Positions 54,001-64,000 of a DNA stretch of 64,000 nt are shown here, in pieces. This DNA comes from Dipteris shenzhenensis (taxonomy: Eukaryota). Within the stretch, counting starts at the first letter, position 1, and the number at the start of each line of letters is the position of its first letter. The stretch lies in the NCBI GenBank assembly GCA_047967505.1, contig CM106538.1. The stretch is one strand, 5' to 3'. Both the position numbers and the translations under genes were made by a program. The notes beneath the pieces are model-generated. The model was given only the letters and a program-made list of their open reading frames with translations, did no database searches and was not told where the DNA came from.

Positions 54001-54614
54001 AAAGGCCAAAAAACAGCCGCTGGACTGCCAAAACAAGTTTTTGGCGACCAACTGACGAGGAATGTCCGCCAATGCTGAGGGAGAGCCACGAACTGATGCG
54101 GGAGTGAGTTGAACTCACAAATGAGGACCAGGAGCAATCACTAGGACACCGGAATACTTGATGGCGAGGCTAAGGGAAGGGAGGCTCTACCTCAGAGGAG
54201 AGGGGAGCTTCCATTTGTGGGCTTCTCTTATCCTCTAGATAGAGCAAGAAGTAGGTAGGAAGGGAGGCTCTGATACCACAGGAAGGCACGTGGTGGAGAG
54301 GGAGACAGAGAGAGAGTAGGCTAGGGAGAGAGGAAGTGATAATCAAAGAGAGACATAATGAAATGGAAATGAAATGACTAGAGCAATAAACCAAAATGAA
54401 AGTACTCACATGTAGACCAAAGAGCTTGTAGCTTGATACTTGATTGATTTGACACTAGACAAGTACGACTCTTATATAGAGCACACACAGACATATGAAC
54501 ACCTATGCATATGGGATAGCTCCCAATGTGACACATGGCATCCATAGGACATACTAGACTAGAACTCACACTAGAACACACCAAACTGACTCAACTTGGC
54601 TTCATATCCTAACA
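48100..54614 (-). mobile_element. Deleted LTR retrotransposon carrying a nested L1
   Basis: 5' LTR 54281-54614 (TGTTAGG on minus), PBS TGGTATCAGAGCC at 54266-54278, partial 3' LTR 48100-48330, TSD atagg/gtagg (4 of 5 match). Confidence 0.8.
48385..53016 (+). mobile_element. 5'-truncated L1 (subfamily B): end of ORF1, decayed ORF2, poly-A
   Basis: ORF2 from ATG 48571 with frameshifts; poly-A 53003-53016; TSD-like ggacca(g/a)tga at ~48375 and 53017. Confidence 0.9.
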
Positions 54615-55650
54615 GTAGGCTCGGCCCTCTAGGGTTGTGGGTCGGCCCATATAGGCATGTTGGTCGGCCCTGCCTCTTGCTGGCCGACTAAGAGGATGGG
54701 GGGACTATATATAGGGACCCCCCACATGTGTTTTCTGTAGTTCATTGCGGTGCCTGGTGGAGCAGTAGAGCCAGCCCAATGTGCACCTCAGGAGCAAGTC
54801 CTAGGGCAAAGGTGTGTGTTGCAGACACTCTCAACCAATCACCATATGTTGTCCGGCGTTGACCACATGTCAACCATATGTCGTTAGGCGTTGACCACAT
54901 GTCGACCATGTGTCAACACATGACAACTATATGTCAACCACAGGTTCATCAGGAGTACCATATCCGAGGCGATCTTCTCTGAAGCTGCACACATGGAGCA
55001 GTGAGCTCCACACATGGAGCAGTCAGGGGCATTAACAACTGCGGATGGCAAAGATGTATTCAATGGTTCAGTGGTGCAGTGCTCCAACTCACATGCACAT
55101 GGAGTATTCACACCACCCCGACTAGAAGAGGCTGGCTAGTTAGGAAGTCGCCCAAGCCGTTAAGAGAGCCAGCGGCACAACGGCTATCTCCAATGGCTAA
55201 GGAGATAGGAGGATCACCAATCAGGAGAAAGGGGGGAGATTTTAGCGGGGGATGGACCCTCCATGGCACAAGGATGAGGATGAAGGAGAAGGGGAGGGTT
55301 GGGGGGGCAGCATTCAGGATTGAGCATTTGGCGTTCGGCATTGGAGAGAGAGAGAGAGAGAGGAGAGTGTGAAGAGAGATAGAGGATGGAGCTATCGCCG
55401 AGAGGAGAGTGTGTGGAGAAGACAGGGGCTTCAGCTATGAGCTCGCCTATTGTATCTCTGTGTCCACTATGGGGATAGACCTGTGCATTCCGGCTCTTGT
55501 GACTTGTGACTTGTGGCTGTTGTTCCAGTGATGTGTTCTTCTGCCAACCTTGGTCACTCCCTCATCCTTTCTATTTCCTTAGCATATTGGGATTGTTCAC
55601 AACTTTCCAGTGCATGATGACTGTCTCTTCTTGCGTTCATGTTGTGGACA

Positions 55651-58600
55651 AAAAACAGCTCAAAGTGAGCTAATAAAGAACCAAGGCGGAGGCTGAAAAT
55701 GCCATCTCAACCCTGAAGGAAACTCAGAGAAGAAAGGAGATCCCCTCCAAACTCTGAAAAAAGTAACTCTCCTGGCAGTGGATGCTCTGGAGGATCCCTG
55801 CATGCTTGCCCAAATGGCCATCAAAGTGTGTATTGTGTCGGCATCCCTGCACCAAAAGACCTACAATCCTGATAGGGTGAAAAGCAGACTCAAGCAAGAT
55901 GTCCTCTGTGGACCTGAGCAATCTGCCACCATCATGCACACTAAAAACCAAAGCATCCTCATGTGCATCTCAAAAGACCAAAACCTGAAGAGGAACACCG
56001 CCTCTCGTAAAAGTACCTACCCAAGTTGAGCAAGTGAGTGGCATATCATATGTGTCTACCCAATCCGCTGGAAGGGCTGCCTCAATCTGCAAGATCCTCC
56101 CTGCACCCCCTCTGAGTTGTCCTGTCAACTGAGATTTGGTCTCCTCTAGAAGCCTGCGGAAAGCTTCTCATGACCCCAATGATGAGGCGGGTCCCCTCTC
56201 CCACTTGGACCACTGCATGTACAGTGAGGCACCAAGTGGTCTACCATGATCATCCAATATACTGTCATTCCAAATGATCGGTTGCCTATCAATCTCTTCA
56301 CGAGAGGAAGGAGGAATCCTCCGAAGAGTGCTCCTGAAACTAGCCCATGCTTTTAGTATGGCAACCATGAGAGGGGACGAAGGTGATCTGAGGTGTGCTG
56401 TGGTGAAAATCCACCTAATATTGCTCATCTAGTCTCCTCCTAAAGAAGGTGTGCACGTCTGTATGCTGCTAATAAAAAAGGCCGTCCATGGCTCCTACCC
56501 TGGCATAAGTCCCCGCACCACCATCTTGCAGAGTAAAGCTCTGCACTGTAAATCTGGATCAATAAAATTGAGACCCCCTTCCTATGTAAGGAGGATGAGG
56601 GTCTCCCAAGCCACCCTGGCTAACACATCTGCTGTGCCATCAAGCCTACTCCAAAGAAAATTTCTGATCGGTCTCCTGAGCTGAGTGATGCACTCCCTAG
56701 AACGGCACCAGCATGAACAAACAAACCAAGCCGTGGCCAAAAGGACCAGGTTGACCACTACAACTCTAGAGGCAAGATTCAGCTTGGCTGAGCTCCAGAA
56801 AAGGAGCTTCCTCCTGATGCTCTCCAACACGGGAGCAAACTGCCGCGTGGAAGAAATATCCAAGCCGACCTGGCAGCCCAAATACCTGACTGGCACACCC
56901 CTTTGAACCCAAGTGAATCCTATGTCAAGCCCCCAAATTGGAGTGTCCTCATCACTGATCCAAAAGCAATTGGATTTATGCCAATTTATCTGCACAGCCG
57001 CCAAGCAAAATAAATCCAATGCTGTCCTAAAAGAAGTGAGCATCTGTGGTGTGGCGCCCAAGTAAATTATTATGCCATCTGCCAACTCACTGTCAAGTAG
57101 CTCCTCTTTCCTTCTGATGGGAAGTCTCAGCCCAAAGATGTCAGCTTGAGATCTAACATAGATACTCATAGCTTCAACCACGAACAAAAAAAGAAAAGGA
57201 ACAAGGGGGCATCCCTGACGAACTGACCTGAAAATCTGAAATCTTCCACCCCTTGCCCCACCAGTAAGTACCTAGCTGTGGGCTGATCTGATCCAAAAGC
57301 CATTGGATTTATGCCAATTTATCTGTGCCCTTGCCGCCAAGCAAAATAAATCCAATGCTGTCCTGAAAGAAGTGAGCGTCTGTGGAGTGGCATCCAAGTA
57401 AACTGCTGTGTCATCTGCCAACTCACTGTCAAGTAGCTCCTCTTCCCTTCTGATGGGAAGTCTCAGCCCAAAGATGTCAGCTTGAGATCTAACATAGATA
57501 CTCATAGCTTCGGCCACGAACAAAAAAAGGAAAGGAGCAAGGGGGCATCCCTGACGGATTGATCTCGAACTCTGAAATCTCTCACCCCTTACCCCACCAA
57601 TAAGTACCTAGCTGTGGGCTGATCTGTACAAAGAGGAAACACCTTTGATTCAAGCATCAGTAAAGCCAAAGCGTAGATGGGTGCCCTCCAAAAAACCCCA
57701 ATGTACTCTGTCATAAGCTTTCTCAAAATCCAAAAGAAGAATGGCTAGATTCTGGCCACTCTGCATGGCCCACTCTGAAGCTTCCCAAAAAGAGAAAATG
57801 TTATCAAAAATGCTTTTGCCATGCACAAATCCCGTCTGAGTGTCATTAATAAGATCTAGGAGAAGGGGCTGCAATTGGAGGCTGATTTCTTTGGCCAGAA
57901 TCTTGTAACATGTCCCCAGAAGTGTGATAGGCCTCCACTGGGCCTCCACTGGGACACTAAATTTCTGCAACCTCCTCTCGAGATAAAGTGGATGAGACCC
58001 TCTGTGAGTGACCCGGGCATCTCGCCAGAGTCCGAAATGCCTTGCAGGGCTGAAGTCATGTAGTCTCCAATCATATCCCAAAATGCAATGAAAAAAAAAG
58101 GGGTGAGGCCATCCGAACCTGGGCACTTGCCCTTGTGAAGGCCTGAAAGTGCAGTCCTGAACTCTGTGTTGGTGAAAGGTGCATCAAGCAAAACATGCAT
58201 ATCCGGTTTCACCAAGAAAGGGATGCTCTACCAAATAACCTATCTAGCATCCTCTCTATCCCGTGTGTCAAGATCTGCAGTAAGAAGGGCGGCATAAAAA
58301 TCTGAAGCTATGTGCATGACATCATCTGGATCTGTCAGTAAAATCCCATGTGAGTCAATAAGCTGGGATACACTCTCTCTACTATGTCTAGGGCCAAGAG
58401 TAGAGAAAAAGTGTTTATTAACTCATCCACCCATATGAATCCAGAAGGACTCCCGTGCATGAAAGGCATACTCTGCTCTCTCATCAAGCAATATCTGTTG
58501 ATGAGCCCTTGGTGCAGCAAGGCGCTCCTGAATCCAAGCATCTGAAGGCCATTTTTGCTCTTCGCTCTGCAAATCTACCAACTGTTGGCGAACACCAATC

Positions 58601-61600
58601 TCACGTTTGAGAATATCTCGTCTCCTGGTACAAGCAATTGAGTGGTAGAAGTCGCTAATACCAGAAAGGGCAGCAGCTACATGTGATGGATATGGCTGCC
58701 CACCCTGGACATGAGAAACCCATATCTGCAGGGCTACCTCTGTAAGGTCCTCCTCTGTGTACAAGGCATCTAGAATCCTAATGCTGGCAGACTGGCCTCT
58801 CAAGTGAGGCTCTGAGACAGCCAGTACAACAGGAAAGTGGTCTGAAGTGGAAACCCCAGCAGCAATGCATACCGATCCACCTCTGTCTAGTGCCCAATCA
58901 TCTACATAGAATCTGTCAATGCGTGCATGAATAGGCATCTGCTGCCTCCTGTTCGACAAAGAGAACAGGAGGGACTGTGGCTGAATAAGAAAGGCATCCT
59001 CCAACCAAGTATCTTTGCCACAGTGGTGAAAAAGGAAGGCATCCTAAGCTGCTCTCTCCAAAGAGTGAAGTCTTCCTTTTCTACCTCCTTTTTTGTCTGA
59101 CGGTAACTCAACCATGTTAAAGTCACCTCCAATCACCCATGAATCCGCAATGGGGGCCCAGGAGAGCAAATCCTTCCACACAATGACACGTTTCCCTCTA
59201 ATGTTGAAGGCATACAACTTAAGAAAACCAACCTTACACCCTCCAATCAAGAGAATAATCCATTGAGCCTTAGAGGAAGTAATGACTCCGTGTCCAACAA
59301 CTAAGGGGAGAACCGACTGCGAAACTGAAATAGAAGTGCCCCCCCTAGTACCCAAGGTAGGCGACCAAAAGGTATGACCAGAATGCAACTTGCTTGACTT
59401 GGCACAATCTGTGGAATCCAGTTTGTGCTTCTGAATAAATAAGATACCAATGGAACCCCCAGTAACACCTAAATGAAGCTGTGATCCCGGATCAGCTGTC
59501 TGCGGCAGCGATGTGGGACGCCACCTAGGCCCTGTATGTTCCAGCTAATAATCCTCATCGATGGGAGGATGTAGAGTGGAATATCTTACCCGATCTAGTG
59601 GCGGAAACAAACCCCTCAACAAGGGAAGACCTCCTGCTCGAGGAGCGAGGAATCAACAGGGGAAAGAACCCTGCCACCTGACGAAGAAGCCCTGTCAACA
59701 GGAAACCCAATCACTAGCTCACCAAAAGTAGAGGGCACAAACTCCTCTGGGAAATCTGAAGCATCTGTCAGAGCTAAAAATGAGTTCATGTGAATGAGGC
59801 TAGACACCGGAGTGCGAAGGATCCCTTCTGAGGGAAGAGGATTGATAGTGTAAACCATCCCCTTCCCCTATCCAATGGAGGAAGTGAGGACTGCTCTCGA
59901 GCCTGTGTCTGCCCAGCCGCAGAGACCTCTACTGCCTCGAGGAGAGTGTCTGGCACCGTTGGTTCTAGGGAGAAGCTGGAACTGGGGAGGAGGTCGAAGC
60001 TAAAGCGTCTCGAACTGTGTGAGGTGAGATTGGAGGGATGGCCCGAGGTGAAGCAGAGTCCACTAGTGTATCCTCATGAGCTGAAGGAGGAATCTGCACA
60101 CGAACCGGAACCCACTGGTATGCGTCGGGTGCCCCTGTAGGTCGTGAGGCACCTGAGGTAGAAGGTGGCAGTACTAAAGGAGCGCTCAGTGGAGGAGCAC
60201 TTTGGCGAGTAGGAGCTATACCACCATCCTAAGGAGGACTACCATGTGGGGATCGAGGAGCAAGTGTTGGACCTGTACCACCCCCTTGTCGAGGCCGAGG
60301 AGCAAGTGTTGGACTTGTACCACCCCCCTGTCGAGGCTGTGGGGCGGTAGCTGTACCAGAGGGCTTCTTGGGCCTTTTCTTCTTCCTAGGGCAATCCCTA
60401 GCAAAGTGTCCAATGGTCCTGCATATCTTGCACTGGTCCTGCCTGCCTGTAATCTCTACTCTTTGGCGAAAAGAGGAACCATCTGGGTGCTGGATCATAA
60501 CATGGTCCATCGTGAGGTTTGGGTCCTGACAAAGGACCCTAACTCTAGGTACCCCATCAGCCTTGGTTGCCTCTACTGTAGTCAATGGCAACCCAGGGAG
60601 GGTGGGATCTTAACAACCACGCCAAAATGCTCCCCAATGACAGAAAGAAGTCGATGGTAAACCTGGGGAAGCGCGGGAAATCTGATGAAGAGTGAAAAGA
60701 TTTCCTTATCTGCCTCCACTTGGTCGAAACCAATATCAAAGGCATCAAAGAAGATCTTCCTGTGTCCTAGGTGTAAAAACTCAGCTTTGAGCACTGTGCT
60801 CGCAGCCTCTGGAGTGTCAAAAACAACCTGGGAAAAACTACGTCCCAGAAGACGAACATCTAACAATCATGGAGTGAGGTCTGGGGGGAGAGCCGCAAGC
60901 ATCCAGTCTCTGGCTTTGGGATTTGGAAAGGTGAGACCCGAAGATGCGTGCGAGCAACGTGGTAGAGCATTCAATCTCTACCTCCTTCTTGAGATGGTGC
61001 AACTCGTCTTTAGAAAAAGTAATAGTTTTCGCAGCCGGTGGAGGTGGAGTAGGATTGGCTGACGGAATATCCATCACCAATCGAGGTGAGGAGGCCAACT
61101 TGGACACTTTTGAGGCTCCTTCCGCTCCAAAAACGCTGCGGGAGAAGAAAGAGAGGGGAGACAGGAAGAAGGAAAAAGAATGCGGGGGGTAGGGAGCGGG
61201 GTAGAGGGAGGGCTGAGAGGCAGGAGTGGGGGAGCAAGGAAGGGGGAGCGGGCTGAGAGGGGAGGGGGCAGCTGAGTGGGAGAGGATAGAAGGGGGTAGA
61301 GGAGAGGGAGGTAGAGGCGGGGGTAGGGAGCGGGTAGAGGAGAGGGGTGTAGAGGGGGGGGGAAGGGTAGAGGCGGGGGAAGGGTAGGGGGAGGGTAGAG
61401 GTGGGGGGAAGGGTAGAGGCGGGGGAAGGGTAGGGGGAGGGTAGAGGCGGGGGGAAGGGGAGAGGCGGGGGTGAGGGGTGAGGCGGGGAAGGGTAGAGGC
61501 GGGGGTGAGGGGAGCGGGGTGGAGGGAGCAGGGGAGCAGGGAAGGGGGAGCGGGCTGAGAGGGGAGGGGGCGGGCTGAGAGGGAGAGGAGGGGAAGGGGT

Positions 61601-61758
61601 AGCGGGCTGAGAGGGGAGGGGGCGGGTTGAGAGGGAGAGGAGGGGGAGGAAGGGAGAGGCTGAGGGAGGGGGAGGGGGAGGGGCTGAGGGCGAGGGAGGG
61701 GGCTGAGGGAGGGGCTGAAGGAGAGGGGGCAGCAAGGGAGTGGGGAGGAGCAGCAGCT
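55651..61758 (-). mobile_element. Near full-length degraded L1 copy D (A-type, C-type 3' tip, internal duplication and deletion)
   Basis: 5' motif agctgctgctcctcccc at ~61742-61758; G-rich plus-strand leader; ORF1 and ORF2 fragments on minus. Confidence 0.88.
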
Positions 61759-62520
61759 ACAACAGAACCTTTGGCACGTGTTTGTCAGCAAATTGCTTCT
61801 TGTATTCTTCTTCAAGTGCTTAGCATTAGAAAAACCTTCAGAGCTTGGCATTTTGACAAGAGATCAGTCCCAACTGAATTTCAAACTGAAAATGCATTCT
61901 CTGATCTGTACTTAGAATTTCTTTAATCCTCAAACATCACTCTAGCATTTACTCTAGCATCAAATGTCCAAAACTGTCAAAAATGCTTTGCAGTAGACTA
62001 GCTCAACTTGGAGGGAATAATTCACACAGCTGGAGAAGAGTTTGAGAGGGCTTTCTGTGCAAAACTAAACCTTGAATACCAAAGTAAGTTCACCACAGAG
62101 CATAGATGAAGTAGTGCGTCTTTTTGTATGGGACAGCTGCGCCTTCTTTGACTGTCTTTTCTCTGATTTCTCCTTGCTCCAGCAAGCATTGGCCTTCAAA
62201 ATTCACTAGCAGTAGGCTCTAGGCATGGACCAACTTGTGCTCAGGGAAGGGCTGAGCAGAAAGGCGAAATTGCACGATTTGACGTATGAGCTTGCTTGGA
62301 TCAGCGCGGGTGTTTTACTCCATCTCTAAGAAAATGCTTTGGGCCAGAGGAGCGCCCCATAGTGTAGAGTCTTCATCTAGGAGGGCTTGGCAAAAGACGC
62401 AAGGGATGAGGAGAACAGAGCTAAGCCATTTTTGAGAAGGAAGGAGAAAGAAAGCTCAAAAGGAGGTGGTGGAGAAGATGATGAGGTGGCACTACCAAAA
62501 TGGGTTCTCCAAAGCCTACC

Positions 62521-62826
62521 GCTCTGATACCAAATGTAGAAGAGTGTGGGGTAGAAGATATGCATCATGGCACAAATAGTGTGAGCACAAGTGAGGCAAA
62601 CTCCATGTATATCAGTGGCAATCAGCCCCTACATCAGTGGGACTGGCCTAAATCAAAGGAACCTCCTATGTGGGAGCCTTTGGCTTACATCATCACTTAG
62701 GTCACACACTAGAAACATCATAGCACTAGATCTGCATCTACAACACACACACACACACACACATGTGACTCCCCTAGATGCACACATGCACCTTAGAGCA
62801 AGCCCTTGACCATACTTATCCCAACA
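62521..62826 (-). mobile_element. 5' LTR (62535-62826) and iMet PBS of an LTR element inserted in gypsy pol
   Basis: Minus strand TGTTGG...TACA followed by TGGTATCAGAGC (62521-62532); internal region continues toward ~61760. Confidence 0.7.
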
Positions 62827-64000
62827 TGTTGGACAAGTTCTGTCAGTCCAATAGCGATGTCCGAATAGAAATGTACGGACCTCCTATAATATCCCACATG
62901 TCCTAAAAAATACTTCACCTCTTTGGGTGTACGAGGGATTGGCAATGAGATTATCACATCTACCTTGGCAGGGTCGGTAGTCATCCCCTCAGCAGAAACA
63001 ATATTTCCAAGGAGAACACCTCTGAGTGTGAGAAAGAAGCATTTGTCAAGGTTTAAGCACAAGCAGGCTTCTCTGCACTTATCAAATACCCATCTCAACT
63101 TGTATAGATGATCATTTTGTATCAAGATGAGAGGCGGCTTTACCATTAAAACAAAGAATTCATCTAGAAAGACTTCAAGAAACTTGCCTAGATTCTCCTG
63201 AAAGAGTTTGGTGAGAAGTCATTGGAAAGTTGCCGGTGCATTACTCAACCCAAAGGGCATCATTCTGTAGGCGTACGTACCCCATTGAGTGACAAATGTG
63301 GTCTTTGACTGATCCTATTCTCTGACTCGAACTTGGTTGCATCCACTATATCTGTCCATGAATGAGCATAGAGCATGACCTGCCACCGTCTCCAACACTC
63401 TATCGATTAAGGGAACGGGAAACCTATCACGTCATGTTGCAGCATTCAAGCTCTTGTATTTAACACATACCCTGAGTTTGCCAGTCTCTCTTTTGGGCAC
63501 AATGACAATCTTGTTGACCCAATCAGACTAATCAACCGAGTAGATTAACCCTTCTTGCTCCATTTTTTGTATATCAGCTCTGATTTGCCTTGCCATAGTT
63601 GGGATTCATGCGGTATGGACCTCTAATCATAGGGTCTGCATTTGGGTATAAGTCGATGCGATGCTCCATGAATTCAGCTGGCACCCCCTTCAGATCTTTG
63701 TAGGACCAAGCAAATACATCCACAAATTCATGGAAAAAATCAGTTACTGCTAGAAAGATAATACCTTCAAATGCCAAGGTTGGGGTCCTCAGTCCCGATG
63801 TTGAGGTACCGCCAATTCCGTGCCTCATCAATGGGGGTAATGCTTTGGGATGTGGAGGTACTTGGCTCACCCATACCCAATCCTATATGTGCGGGAGAAG
63901 CTTGAAGGGGAAAATCCCCCTCCATTTCTCGCAACCAAGATGGTGGAAAAGTAACTGGTGTGTTCTCTTGCACAGGTTGAGATGTAGAGTCAGTAGGTGT
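62827..64000 (-). mobile_element. Ty3/gypsy pol remnant (reverse transcriptase to RNase H linker)
   Basis: DVFAWSYKDLKGVP...[32 protein letters not shown]...LLGNIVSAEG...DPAKV...FLGHVGYYRR. Confidence 0.88.

Larger units (their letters stand above)
47677..55650. mobile_element. Possible LTR-like host sequence (47677-48099 plus 54615-55650) split by the nested LTR element
   Basis: Starts TGTCAC and ends GGACA, TATA-like ctatatatagg at ~54706, GA-rich tract; no matching TSD found. Confidence 0.3.

Noticed and set aside
46712-64000. Further GEX2 exons upstream of exon A
   Set aside because: No minus-strand ORF with the repeat motifs or phase-1 splice pattern was found; the region is TE-derived

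Overview
Eukaryotic land-plant DNA, probably a seed-free plant such as a fern or lycophyte (inferred only from the TE repertoire and intron style). The only host gene is on the minus strand: ten internal exons (46711 down to 994) of a GEX2-like (GAMETE EXPRESSED 2) filamin/Ig-repeat protein. Every exon encodes one ~103-133 aa Ig/filamin repeat and is flanked by phase-1 GT-AG introns. Together they give 3396 nt (1132 codons), and neither start nor stop lies in the window. One intron (11198-46378, 35,181 bp) and the upstream intron (>17 kb) are filled with nested retroelements. These include at least three related L1-clade LINE subfamilies (called A, B and C here), with two TSD-bounded full-length copies, one of which has a single nonsense codon in ORF2. 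There are also chimeric and truncated L1 copies, tRNA-iMet-primed LTR elements (one gag-only), Ty3/gypsy pol remnants and probable RTE-X remnants. Main points of interest: the expanded one-exon-one-domain GEX2 array; a 3'UTR double hairpin (G-CUUG-C tetraloop plus a compensated stem) conserved across the three L1 subfamilies; an ATGA ORF1/ORF2 overlap; an ORF1-swapped chimeric L1; a ~515-bp conversion tract shared by two inverted L1 copies ~20 kb apart; and ~135 bp of foreign 5' sequence inside a TSD. All comparisons were made by eye; no searches were run.
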